Assembly: GCA_009694045.1 (NCBI GenBank)
Contig: SHVY01000007.1
Span: forward strand, 1,786 to 65,785
Origin: Alphaproteobacteria bacterium
GTDB taxonomy: Bacteria > Pseudomonadota > Alphaproteobacteria > SP197
DNA: 64,000 nt
Direction of reading: 5' to 3'
Shown: piece by piece, positions 30,574-39,445 of the stretch
How positions within the stretch are numbered: position 1 is the first letter of the stretch
How the letters are laid out: every line of letters starts with the position of its first letter
Notes under the pieces: generated by a model
Told to the model about the DNA's origin: nothing
The model's input: the letters and a program-made list of their open reading frames with translations, nothing else
Databases searched by the model: none
Program-made: the position numbers and the translations under genes

Positions 30574-32856
30574 CTACTTCGACGTCGCGATGTAGACGCC
30601 GTCCCAGCCCGGCCCCGGCGGATCGAGCTCGTAGGTGTCGATCCGTTCGTCGTACAGGTCGTAGAGGCCGTCCAGGCCGCCGTTCAGCTTACGGCAATTC
30701 GCGACGAAATCCCGCGCCGATCGCCAATCCTGCTGGCGGTAGGCGGCCAGCATGTCGCCGTGCAGGCGGCCAAGCTCCTGGAACTCGGGTGTGGCGTACA
30801 TCGTCGGATCCCCCAGCAGGGTGAAGATGCGTACCGCCTCCTTCTTGCCCTTCACCTTGATGAAGTCGATCTCGAGGGTGGCGAAGTCGGCGGCCTGGAC
30901 CTGAGTGTTCTGGCCGATGACGATGCCCACGCCATAGGTCTTGGATTGACCTTCGAGGCGCGACGCGAGGTTCACGTCGTCGCCGATCACCGAGTAGTCG
31001 AAGCGCTGGTCCGATCCCATGTTGCCGACGAAGCAATTGCCGGTGTTCACCCCGATGCCGACGTTGATCGGTACGAAGCGGCGCGACTGCGCCTCCGCCT
31101 CGGTCTTCAGGGCCTCGTTCAGCACGCGGGTGCGGGCGAGCATGGTCAGAGCCGTGTCGCAGGCGTGCCGAGCGTGGTTCTGGTCGATGATCGGCGCGTT
31201 CCAGAACGCCATGATGCAATCGCCCATGTATTTGTCGATGGTGCCGCCCTTCGACATGATGAGTTCGGTCATCGGCGTGAGGAAGCGGTTGATCAGGCGC
31301 ACCAGCCCTTGCGGGTCGGTCTTGTACAGTTCCGAGATCGAGGTGAACCCCCGGATGTCGCTGAACAGGAAGGTCATGACCCGCATGTCGCCGCCCAGCT
31401 TGAGCTGGTCCGGATTGTCGGCCAGTTGCTCGACCAGGGCCGGCGACAGGTAATGGGCGAAGGCCGTCCGCACCAGCCGCTTCTGCGCCTGCTCCTTCAC
31501 GTAGTTCATGTAGGTGAGCGCGGTGTACACCACGAACGTCGAGATCGCGGGGTAGGAGAGGTCGATGAGGAACCCCCGGCTCTGGAACATCCACCAGGAC
31601 ACCCCCACCAAGCCGCCGATGCTCACCACCGCGATGACCAAGCTCCACGCGGCGCCGATGAGGGGAATGAGGACCGTGAGCAGGACGCCGACGACCACGA
31701 TCGCTATGATCTCGATTCCATCGGAATAGTTCAGGCGCAAGAGGAAGGGCGAGTCGATCTTGTCGATCCGGCCCGCCGCCAATTGCTGGTTCTGGATGAA
31801 CTGATCGAGCATGATTTCCAGGAGCTGGGCGTGCACGTCCACCCCAGGGACGAAGGGATCGAGCGGGGTGGATTTGATATCGAGCAACCCCACGGCGGAG
31901 GTGCCGATCAAGGCGAAGGTGCCGGCCAACCGTTCAGCCGGCACCGTTCCGTCGAGGACATCCTTGGCCGAGATGTACACCTTGTCCTGACGCTCCGTGG
32001 AAAAGCGGGCGTAGCGCACCCAGAACCGCCCGTCGCTATCGACCGGAACTTCGAGCCCCTTGAACAACAGGCTGACGAGCCCGACGTCCGGATCCCACTT
32101 GATCCCCACGGTCGGTTGGCCCAGCGCCACCCGCAGCATTTCGATCGCGAGAGTCGGGTACTCCGTACCGTCCGGGGCGCGGAACACCAGCGGGACGTGG
32201 CGCACGATGCCGTCGACGTCACCATCGATGTTGAACACGCCGAGACCCTTGGCGGTCCTCTCCAGGACCTCGATGTTCCGGGTGATGCCGGGATTGGGGA
32301 GGATGAAGGTTTCGGGGTCGAGGTCCTTTGGCGCCGGGCGCGCACTCTTGAAGGCAAAGTTCATCTTGACCGCCGGCGGCCGCCCGGCGTTCGCCGGATT
32401 GTCCTCGTTGGTTGTCGATTGCCCAAGGACGACCAGCATCCGACCGATCGTCTGGGCAAACGCATCGTCGTTGCTGGGAAGAGTGCGCAGCTTGGCCGCG
32501 GTCTCCGGATCGAACTTCTCGACGATCTCGGCGAACTTGGCGGGTGACGTGCGATCCGGCTCGGGGAAAACGATGTCGAAGCCGACCACGCCGACACCCT
32601 TCGCGGCCAGCTTCTCAAGCAGCTCGGCGAGCAAAGTGCGTGACCACGGCCACTGGCCGTACTCGGTGAGAGATGCCTCGTCCAGGTCGATCACCCTGAC
32701 CTGATGGTCCTTGGCTTCGCGCGGCTTGACCGTCTGGTAGACGTCGAAGGTCTTGAGCCGCAGCACCTGTAACGGCACAGGATCCCAGACCCGCAACGCC
32801 ACGAGGCCGGCGATCAGCGCGCCGGCGAACAGGATCGTCGCGTACCAGGTCTTCAA
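30574..32856 (-). CDS. CHASE2 sensor domain-containing adenylate/guanylate cyclase (class III)
   Basis: 760 aa. N-terminal TM helix, a periplasmic CHASE2-like region, a TM bundle, then a cyclase homology domain (FSDIRGFTSISE...GDCIMAFWNAP...VNLASRLE). The ORF track gives a TTG start. Confidence 0.85.
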   Translation of the reverse strand: MKTWYATILFAGALIAGLVALRVWDPVPLQVLRLKTFDVYQTVKPREAKDHQVRVIDLDEASLTEYGQWPWSRTLLAELLEKLAAKGVGVVGFDIVFPEPDRTSPAKFAEIVEKFDPETAAKLRTLPSNDDAFAQTIGRMLVVLGQSTTNEDNPANAGRPPAVKMNFAFKSARPAPKDLDPETFILPNPGITRNIEVLERTAKGLGVFNIDGDVDGIVRHVPLVFRAPDGTEYPTLAIEMLRVALGQPTVGIKWDPDVGLVSLLFKGLEVPVDSDGRFWVRYARFSTERQDKVYISAKDVLDGTVPAERLAGTFALIGTSAVGLLDIKSTPLDPFVPGVDVHAQLLEIMLDQFIQNQQLAAGRIDKIDSPFLLRLNYSDGIEIIAIVVVGVLLTVLIPLIGAAWSLVIAVVSIGGLVGVSWWMFQSRGFLIDLSYPAISTFVVYTALTYMNYVKEQAQKRLVRTAFAHYLSPALVEQLADNPDQLKLGGDMRVMTFLFSDIRGFTSISELYKTDPQGLVRLINRFLTPMTELIMSKGGTIDKYMGDCIMAFWNAPIIDQNHARHACDTALTMLARTRVLNEALKTEAEAQSRRFVPINVGIGVNTGNCFVGNMGSDQRFDYSVIGDDVNLASRLEGQSKTYGVGIVIGQNTQVQAADFATLEIDFIKVKGKKEAVRIFTLLGDPTMYATPEFQELGRLHGDMLAAYRQQDWRSARDFVANCRKLNGGLDGLYDLYDERIDTYELDPPGPGWDGVYIATSK

Positions 32857-32995
32857 CCGCCGGCCCCTTCCGCCCCCCCCGCCCGGACGGGCCCTTCGCT
32901 GGGCAACCGTCGCGTGGTCGGTGAACGCTTCCAGTTTACAGCAAACCCCGGCCAGTTGCGCGGGAGTCGCGTCCGCGTTGCTTCCCCTTTAACGA

Positions 32996-34765
32996 TTGAA
33001 CTGGCAGACTCCGCCCCCCATGGACGCTCCCAACAACCTGCCGAAGGCCGATACCAAGGCCTGGCTGCGGCCGCTGGTCAGGCCGCTCAGGCCCGCTTTC
33101 CGCGAGGTGGCGGCGCAATCGCTGTTCATCAACGTCCTGGCCCTGGGCTTGCCCGTGTTTGTCCTGCAGGTCTACGACCGGGTGGTCTACTACAAGGGTT
33201 TCAGCACCCTTTACGGCCTGGTCGCCGGGATCTCGATCGTCATCGTGTTCGACTTCATCCTGCGCCAGGCTCGTAGCCGCATCCTGCAGCGGGCGGCGAT
33301 GCTGATCGACATCCGCCTGGGCGAACGGCTGTACGACAAGCTGGCGTCGCTGCCGCTCAATGTCCTCGAAAGCCGGCCGACGAGCTACTGGCTCACCCTG
33401 TTCCGGGATTCGGAACTGGTGCGCAACGTCTTCTCCGGGCCCACCGCCGTGCTGGCGACCGAGCTGCCGTTCGTCGGGCTGTTCATCCTGCTGATCTTCG
33501 TGATCGCGGCGCCGATCGCCTGGCTGTTGGTGATCGCCGTGCCGTTCTTCCTGGCGCTCGCCTGGGGATCGGGCAAGGTGATGGAGAAGGCGACCGAGAA
33601 GGAGCGCGAGTCGGGGCAAAGCCGCGAGGCCCTGGTCGCCGAGATTCTGGCGGGCCGCACCACGGTCAAGGCTCTGGCGGTCGCCCCGAGCTTCCGCCCC
33701 AAGTGGGAGGATCGCCACGCTTCCGCCATCCGCCAATCGCTGGAACGCGGCCGCAAGGGCGATAGCTTCACCAACGTCGGCGTGTCGTTCGCCCTCATCG
33801 TCAGCGTCGTGATGACGACCTTCGGGGCGGTCGAGATCGTCAATCAGGAGCTGACCATCGGCGCCCTGATCGCCGCCAACATGCTGAGCAACCGGATCAT
33901 CCAGCCCCTGAACCAGTTGGTGAACACCTGGCGCCAGTTCGCCCAGTACCGGCAGGCGGCGCAGCGCCTGGCCGGGGTGTTCCAGCTTCCCAGCGAGCGG
34001 ACGGAAATCGTCGTCGATCTCACCCGCCCCAGGGGCGAGATCGCCCTGGAGAACGTGACCTTCGCCTACAAGTCGGGCGGACGGCCGGTGGTCGATGGCC
34101 TGCGCATGACCATCAAGCCCGGCGGGATGGTCGGCCTGATCGGCCCCAACGGCTGCGGCAAGACCACGCTGATCAAGCTGATCGAGGGGCTCTACCCGCT
34201 CAATGCCGGCCGGATCCTGCTGGATGGCGCCGATATCAACCAGTTCACCCGCGGTCAGCTGGCCCGCTGGATCGGCTACGTGCCGCAGGAGAATACGCTG
34301 TTCAGCGGCACGATCCGGGACAACATCGCCGTCGGCGACCTCAACAGCCCCGACGAGAAGGTGGTCGCGGCCGCCCGGCTCGCCGGCGTTCACGCCTTCG
34401 TGGTCGATCTGCCCGACGGCTATGCCACCGACATCGGCGAAGCGGGCTCGCGCATCTCCGGCGGCGAACGGCAACGCATCGCCGTGGCCCGCGCCCTGCT
34501 GCACGATCCGCCGGTGCTGCTGCTGGACGAGGTGGCCAGCAATCTGGACCGCCAGGCCGAGTTGGCACTGCGCGATTCGCTCGTCAAGCTGGCGGCGAAC
34601 CGGACCATTCTCGTGGCCTGCCACACGCCGGCGCTGCTGGCGGCCTGCACCCACATCGTCGTCATGGACAAGGGCAAGATCGCGTTGGCCGGACCCACCC
34701 GGGAGATCATGCCGAAGCTGTTCGGACAGACCCGGCCCGAGGCCCTGCAGGAGGCGAAGGCATGA
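32996..34765 (+). CDS. Type I secretion system ABC transporter (PrtD/HasD-type, no C39 peptidase domain)
   Basis: 589 aa. Six-TM domain plus NBD with Walker A GPNGCGKTT, signature LSGGERQR and Walker B LLLDE. Translationally coupled to the HlyD-family gene. Confidence 0.85.
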   Translation: MNWQTPPPMDAPNNLPKADTKAWLRPLVRPLRPAFREVAAQSLFINVLALGLPVFVLQVYDRVVYYKGFSTLYGLVAGISIVIVFDFILRQARSRILQRAAMLIDIRLGERLYDKLASLPLNVLESRPTSYWLTLFRDSELVRNVFSGPTAVLATELPFVGLFILLIFVIAAPIAWLLVIAVPFFLALAWGSGKVMEKATEKERESGQSREALVAEILAGRTTVKALAVAPSFRPKWEDRHASAIRQSLERGRKGDSFTNVGVSFALIVSVVMTTFGAVEIVNQELTIGALIAANMLSNRIIQPLNQLVNTWRQFAQYRQAAQRLAGVFQLPSERTEIVVDLTRPRGEIALENVTFAYKSGGRPVVDGLRMTIKPGGMVGLIGPNGCGKTTLIKLIEGLYPLNAGRILLDGADINQFTRGQLARWIGYVPQENTLFSGTIRDNIAVGDLNSPDEKVVAAARLAGVHAFVVDLPDGYATDIGEAGSRISGGERQRIAVARALLHDPPVLLLDEVASNLDRQAELALRDSLVKLAANRTILVACHTPALLAACTHIVVMDKGKIALAGPTREIMPKLFGQTRPEALQEAKA

Positions 34766-36051
34766 GCGCCCTCACCGACGTCGTCCAGTCAAACCCGCCA
34801 GCGGGCATCCGCATCGTCGCCCGCGCGATCATGCTGTTTCTCGTGGCCTTCGTCGCCTGGGCGCTGTTCGCCCAGTTCGAGGAGGTCTCGATCGCCGTCG
34901 GCGAGGTGGTGCCGCAAGGACAGGTCAAGGTCGTCCAGCACCTGGAGGGCGGCATCATCGAGAGCATCTTCGTGCAGGAAGGCGACACGGTGAAGGCCGG
35001 GGACCCGTTGCTCCAGCTCGACCTGTCCGCCTCCTCGTCGCGGGAGCAGGAGCTGACGGTGACCCTGGACGGCTTCATCCTGCGCCGCGCGCGGCTCGAC
35101 GCCGAAGCAAGCGGGTCCGACCTGGTGTTCCCGGCCGACGTGGCGTCGCGCCGGCCCGACACGGTCAGGAGCGAGCAGCTTGCCTTCGAGACCCGGCGCC
35201 TCGAGCTGGAAAGCACCCTGAGCGGGCTCGGCGACCAGATCCAGCAGCGCGAACTCGACATCAAGCAGCTCGAGACGGAGCGGGGAAGCAAGGCGAACGA
35301 CCTGGGCCTGGCCCGCGAGGAGTTAGCGATCTCCGCATCGCTGCTCGTGGACGAACTCACCTCGAAGGTCGACCATCTGTCAATCCAGCGGGAGGTGGAA
35401 CAGCTCGAAGGTGAAATCGCCTCGATCGGATCCGCCATCGCCCGGGCGAAGTCCACCCTGTCGGAGGCCAAGGAGAAACTGCGCGAGGCCGGGCTCAATT
35501 TCCGCCGCACGGCGCTGGACGAGCTGGGCAAGGTGCAGCTCGCCATCGACCAGACCCGCCAGGAACTGGGCAAGGCGACCGCGCAGTCCCGCCGCACCGA
35601 GATCAACAGCCCAATCGACGGGGTGGTGAAGGGCGTGCGCTATCACACCATCGGCGCGGTGGTGAGCCCCGGCGAGCCGGTGATGGAAATCGTCCCTTCG
35701 AACGAGAACCTGGTGATCGAGGCGAAGCTCAGGCCCAACGACATCGGCTACGTCAGCCCGGGCCAGGCCGCGGTCGTCAAAATCTCGACCTACGACTTCG
35801 CCCGCTACGGCGGGCTGGAAGCGACGATCATCCTGGTGTCCGCCGATTCGACGACCACCGATGATGGCGCCACGTTCTTCCGGGTTGTCGCCCAGACCGA
35901 CAAGAACTACCTCGGCGCGTCACCCGGCGACCTGCCGATCACTGCAGGCATGGAGGCGACGGTGGATATCCACACCGGCAAACGCTCGGTGATGCACTAC
36001 CTCCTGAAGCCAGTCCTGAAGCTCCGATCCGAGGCCTTCCGCGAACGGTAG
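34762..36051 (+). CDS. HlyD-family type I secretion periplasmic adaptor (membrane fusion protein)
   Basis: 429 aa with an N-terminal TM anchor, long coiled-coil and a C-terminal lipoyl/beta-barrel (T1SS HlyD family pattern). Confidence 0.85.
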   Translation: MSALTDVVQSNPPAGIRIVARAIMLFLVAFVAWALFAQFEEVSIAVGEVVPQGQVKVVQHLEGGIIESIFVQEGDTVKAGDPLLQLDLSASSSREQELTVTLDGFILRRARLDAEASGSDLVFPADVASRRPDTVRSEQLAFETRRLELESTLSGLGDQIQQRELDIKQLETERGSKANDLGLAREELAISASLLVDELTSKVDHLSIQREVEQLEGEIASIGSAIARAKSTLSEAKEKLREAGLNFRRTALDELGKVQLAIDQTRQELGKATAQSRRTEINSPIDGVVKGVRYHTIGAVVSPGEPVMEIVPSNENLVIEAKLRPNDIGYVSPGQAAVVKISTYDFARYGGLEATIILVSADSTTTDDGATFFRVVAQTDKNYLGASPGDLPITAGMEATVDIHTGKRSVMHYLLKPVLKLRSEAFRER

Positions 36052-36057
36052 GGCGAC

Positions 36058-37233
36058 TCAGCCCTGGCTGTCGATCAGGCGGCGGGCGATTTCGGGCATC
36101 CAGCCGGCATCCAGATTGGCGAATGCGAAGCGCAGGTAGGCCTCTTGGCCGGGGCCGAAGAAGCTGCCGGGCAGACACAGTATGTTGTGGTCGGTGGCAA
36201 GCCGGCGGGCCACGCCGACCGAGGATTCACCCGTGAACGGATGGCGCACGTAGGCGAAGTAGGCGCCGCACGAGAGCAATCGATAGTTCAGGCCCGCGGT
36301 GGTGAAGGCGGAGCGCAGGGCGCTCGCGCGCTCGGCCATCATGCGGCTGTTGCCCTTGCGCCAGGCGTCGAGATGGCCGAGGCCGTAGAGGGCCGCGTCC
36401 TGGCCGATCCGGGGCGCCGAAATCTGCACGCAATCGGCGACCTTGGCGATGGCGTCGCGCAAGCCGGGGCCGCAGACCGCCGCGCCACAGCGGTAGCCGG
36501 TCAGCGAATAGACCTTGGAGAAGCTGTAGAGGTGGACGAACCCCTCGGCCCAGTCGCGATCGAGGAAAACGTCGTGGGGCCGCGCCCCCTCCGCCAGAAA
36601 GTCGCGGTAGGTCTCGTCGACCAGCAGGGCGATGCCCCGGGCCCGCGCGAGCTGGTAGAACGCACGGATGGTGGCGGGAGGATAGACGGCGCCGGTCGGG
36701 TTGTTGGGGGTGACCAGCACGATCGCCCGAGTGAGCGGCGTGATGAGTTCCGCCGCTCGCCGCGGATCCGGAACGCCACCGGCGTCGACGTCGCAGGGCA
36801 GCGGCACCGCCGCGATACCGAGCGCCTGCAACGTCATCTGGTGGTTGAAATAGAACGGCAGCGGCAGAATCACCTCGTCGCCGGTCCGGGCCAGCGCCAC
36901 GATCGCGTTCCAGAATGCCTGGTTGCAACCGGCGGTGATCACCACGTTTTCGGCCGCGACCTGCCCGCCGTACAGCGCGTTGATGTCGGCGGCGAGGCCC
37001 GCGCGCAAGGGTGCGATCCCGGCGATGTCGGTGTAGCGCGCCGTTTCCGGCAGCATCGCCCGTTCCGCCACGTGACGCTCGAGTTCGTCCGGCGGCGGGT
37101 AACCGGGGACCGCCTGGCAGACGTCGATCAGCGGCCGGTTGGTCGGAAAGTCGCGGCCCTGGACCCAGCTCCACGCCTCGGCGATCGGCGGCGTGAGGGT
37201 GGCCAGGACCAGGGGATTGATGGCGAAGGACAT
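36058..37233 (-). CDS. PLP-dependent aminotransferase, class I/II
   Basis: Start taken at MSFAINPL. PLP-lysine motif SFSKVYSLTGYRCG. The ORF track's longer N-terminus lacks support. Confidence 0.8.
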   Translation of the reverse strand: MSFAINPLVLATLTPPIAEAWSWVQGRDFPTNRPLIDVCQAVPGYPPPDELERHVAERAMLPETARYTDIAGIAPLRAGLAADINALYGGQVAAENVVITAGCNQAFWNAIVALARTGDEVILPLPFYFNHQMTLQALGIAAVPLPCDVDAGGVPDPRRAAELITPLTRAIVLVTPNNPTGAVYPPATIRAFYQLARARGIALLVDETYRDFLAEGARPHDVFLDRDWAEGFVHLYSFSKVYSLTGYRCGAAVCGPGLRDAIAKVADCVQISAPRIGQDAALYGLGHLDAWRKGNSRMMAERASALRSAFTTAGLNYRLLSCGAYFAYVRHPFTGESSVGVARRLATDHNILCLPGSFFGPGQEAYLRFAFANLDAGWMPEIARRLIDSQG

Positions 37234-37357
37234 GGCGGAACCCGGGCAAAGCGACCGCGGATCATCCCCTTTGGGCCCGGCGACCGTCAAGGCGCGAAGC
37301 CGTTGACCGGTAGCGGGCCATGCCTAGACTGCGGCAACCTTGCAGGGGAGCCCCGCC

Positions 37358-38092
37358 ATGTCATTCGCCGACGCGATCCGCGAGGCGCGCATCGATCTTG
37401 CCGCCGCCTATCGGTTGGCCGTGGTGCACGGCTTGAACGAGGGCGTGTGCAACCACTTCACCCTGGCCCTGCCCGGCCACGACGACCGGTTCCTGATCAT
37501 CCCGTACGGGCTGCACTGGTCGGAGGTGACGGCCGGCACCCTGCTCGTGGTCGATCTCGCCGGCCAGCGGGTCGAAGGCGAGGGCACGATCGAGGACACC
37601 GCGTTCTACATCCACGGCCGCATCCATCGCGGCCGCGCCAACGCCCGCTGCGTCCTCCACACTCACATGCCGTACGCCACGGCCATCACCTCGGTCGAGG
37701 GCGGTCGGCTGGTGATGTCGACCCAGAACGCCTTTCCGTTTCACGGGCGCGTGGCCTACGACGATCACTACAACGGAATCGCCCTCGACGACGCCGAAGG
37801 CGATCGCGTGGTGGCGACGCTCGGCGACAAGGACGTGCTGTTCATGGCGAACCACGGCATCACCGTGGTCGGACCGACGGTCGCCGACGCCTACGACACG
37901 CTCTACTACCTGGAGCGCGCCTGCCAGAACCAGGTGCTGGCCAGTACGCTCGGCCGGCCCCTCAAGATCCTGCCCGATCCCTTCGTGGCAGGGGTGGGTG
38001 CCAGGATGCGTGTCTCCGGCCACAACCGGCAGACCCACTTCGACGCCCTGAAACGCCTGCTCGACCGCACCCAGCCGGATTACCGGGAATGA
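37358..38092 (+). CDS. Class II aldolase/adducin family protein
   Basis: Conserved metal-binding histidines (CVLHTHMPYATA...ANHG). GGGGAG ribosome-binding site before the ATG at 37358 (the ORF track begins at TTG 37340). Confidence 0.8.
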   Translation: MSFADAIREARIDLAAAYRLAVVHGLNEGVCNHFTLALPGHDDRFLIIPYGLHWSEVTAGTLLVVDLAGQRVEGEGTIEDTAFYIHGRIHRGRANARCVLHTHMPYATAITSVEGGRLVMSTQNAFPFHGRVAYDDHYNGIALDDAEGDRVVATLGDKDVLFMANHGITVVGPTVADAYDTLYYLERACQNQVLASTLGRPLKILPDPFVAGVGARMRVSGHNRQTHFDALKRLLDRTQPDYRE

Positions 38093-38178
38093 TGAATCGC
38101 GGGTGAATCCATTGACGGTCGTCGGCCCCGGACCTAAATTAAGTCCATCCGTTACGCCCGTAGGCGGGCATGTATCCA

Positions 38179-38219
38179 GGGCCCTCGAAGTGTAAGCTTC
38201 GAGGGCCCTTTACTTTTGG
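38179..38219 (+). terminator. Rho-independent terminator
   Basis: Perfect 12-bp stem gggccctcgaag / cttcgagggccc with a 6-nt loop, followed by tttacttttgg. Confidence 0.6.
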
Positions 38220-38227
38220 TGCCTACG

Positions 38228-38730
38228 ATGAAGAAGGTCGCCCTTCTAATCGATGGCGGCTACCTGCGTAGCCTCGCTCGCGGCGCCCGTTACCCGTTTG
38301 TGCCCGACTCCATCGAAGCGATCGCGCGCGCTTGTGTGGCGGATGGCGAAGAGCTGTTTCGGGTTCTCTACTACGACTGTGCTCCGTTTACCGGAACGAC
38401 GCGGCTGCCCGTATCGGGGACATCGCACCAGTTCCACGGGAACGACGCATGGCTGAACGATCTTGCGGCGCGGGAACTCTTTGCCGTTCGACGCGGGGTC
38501 TTGAAGTTCCGAGGGTGGAAGCCGAAGTCGATCCCGATTGCGGCAGCACACCTGGAAGACAAGGACTTCATCCCTGACTTCGAATAGAAGGGCGTCGATA
38601 TGCGCATCGGTCTGGACATAGGCAGTTTAGCCCATGATCGCGTCGTCGAGCGCGCGATCCTCGTGACGGCGGATACGGACATGATTCCGGCCATGAAGCT
38701 GGGTCGTCGGATCGCTTGGCCGACCCTTTA
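38228..38730 (+). pseudogene. NYN/PIN-like (LabA/NYN) domain gene interrupted by an in-frame TAG at 38585-38587
   Basis: The ORF 38216-38587 (MKKVALLIDGGYLR...) ends FIPDFE*. The same frame continues as KGVDMRIGLDIGSLAHDRVVERAILVTADTDMIPAMKL..., which is the conserved NYN C-terminal acidic motif region. It runs to about 38730 and overlaps the convergent glycosylase gene. Confidence 0.5.
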
Positions 38731-38732
38731 GA

Positions 38733-39296
38733 TCAGTAGTTCACCGGCAGGGGGTCGAGGCTGCGCCACAGGTACCAGGTGGCGACCGAGCGCCAGGGGC
38801 GCCAGGGTTCGGCGATCGCGGCAAGCGCATCCTTGGTGAGGGCTCCGTCGTGCCCGTAGGCGAGGCCGGCGGCGCGGCGCAGGCCGACGTCGTCCAGCGG
38901 CAAGACATCGGGGCGCAGCAGGTTGAAGATCAGGAACATCTCGGCGGTCCAGCGGCCGATGCCCCTGACCAGGGTCAACTCGGTGATCGCATCGTCGTCG
39001 TCCAGACGGCGCCAACCGGTAGGATCGATCTCGCCCGCCTGACAGCGCCGGCCGAGGTCGGTGAGGTAGAGGGCCTTCTGCCGCGACATGCCGGCGGCGC
39101 GTAGATCATCGCCCCTGGCCACGGCAAGGGTCTCGGGCGCGACCGTGCCAAGGGTGGCTTCGAGCCGCCGCCACAGGGTTTCGGCGGCCTTGACCGAGAT
39201 CTGCTGTCCGACGATCGAACGGGCAAGCGTGGTGAACGGGTCCTCGCGGCTTGTCAGACGCTCGCCCGGGTAGGTCTGGATGATACGGCGCAGCAC
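38733..39296 (-). CDS. DNA-3-methyladenine glycosylase II family (HhH-GPD) protein
   Basis: 187 aa with an HhH-GPD motif (LVRGIGRWTAEMFL) and a catalytic Asp region. Confidence 0.75.
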   Translation of the reverse strand: MLRRIIQTYPGERLTSREDPFTTLARSIVGQQISVKAAETLWRRLEATLGTVAPETLAVARGDDLRAAGMSRQKALYLTDLGRRCQAGEIDPTGWRRLDDDDAITELTLVRGIGRWTAEMFLIFNLLRPDVLPLDDVGLRRAAGLAYGHDGALTKDALAAIAEPWRPWRSVATWYLWRSLDPLPVNY

Positions 39297-39445
39297 CCGA
39301 TCGCGATGGGATAACTCCCTGATTGCGCGCAGCTAATAGCGTGGCGTGGCCATGAGCCATTGTCGCGCGAAGGCGCTGGAAGTCCACCATGTTGCAATGC
39401 GGTGGTGCGCTGCAACATTCCCCTGGACAGTCCATTGACCTGCCC

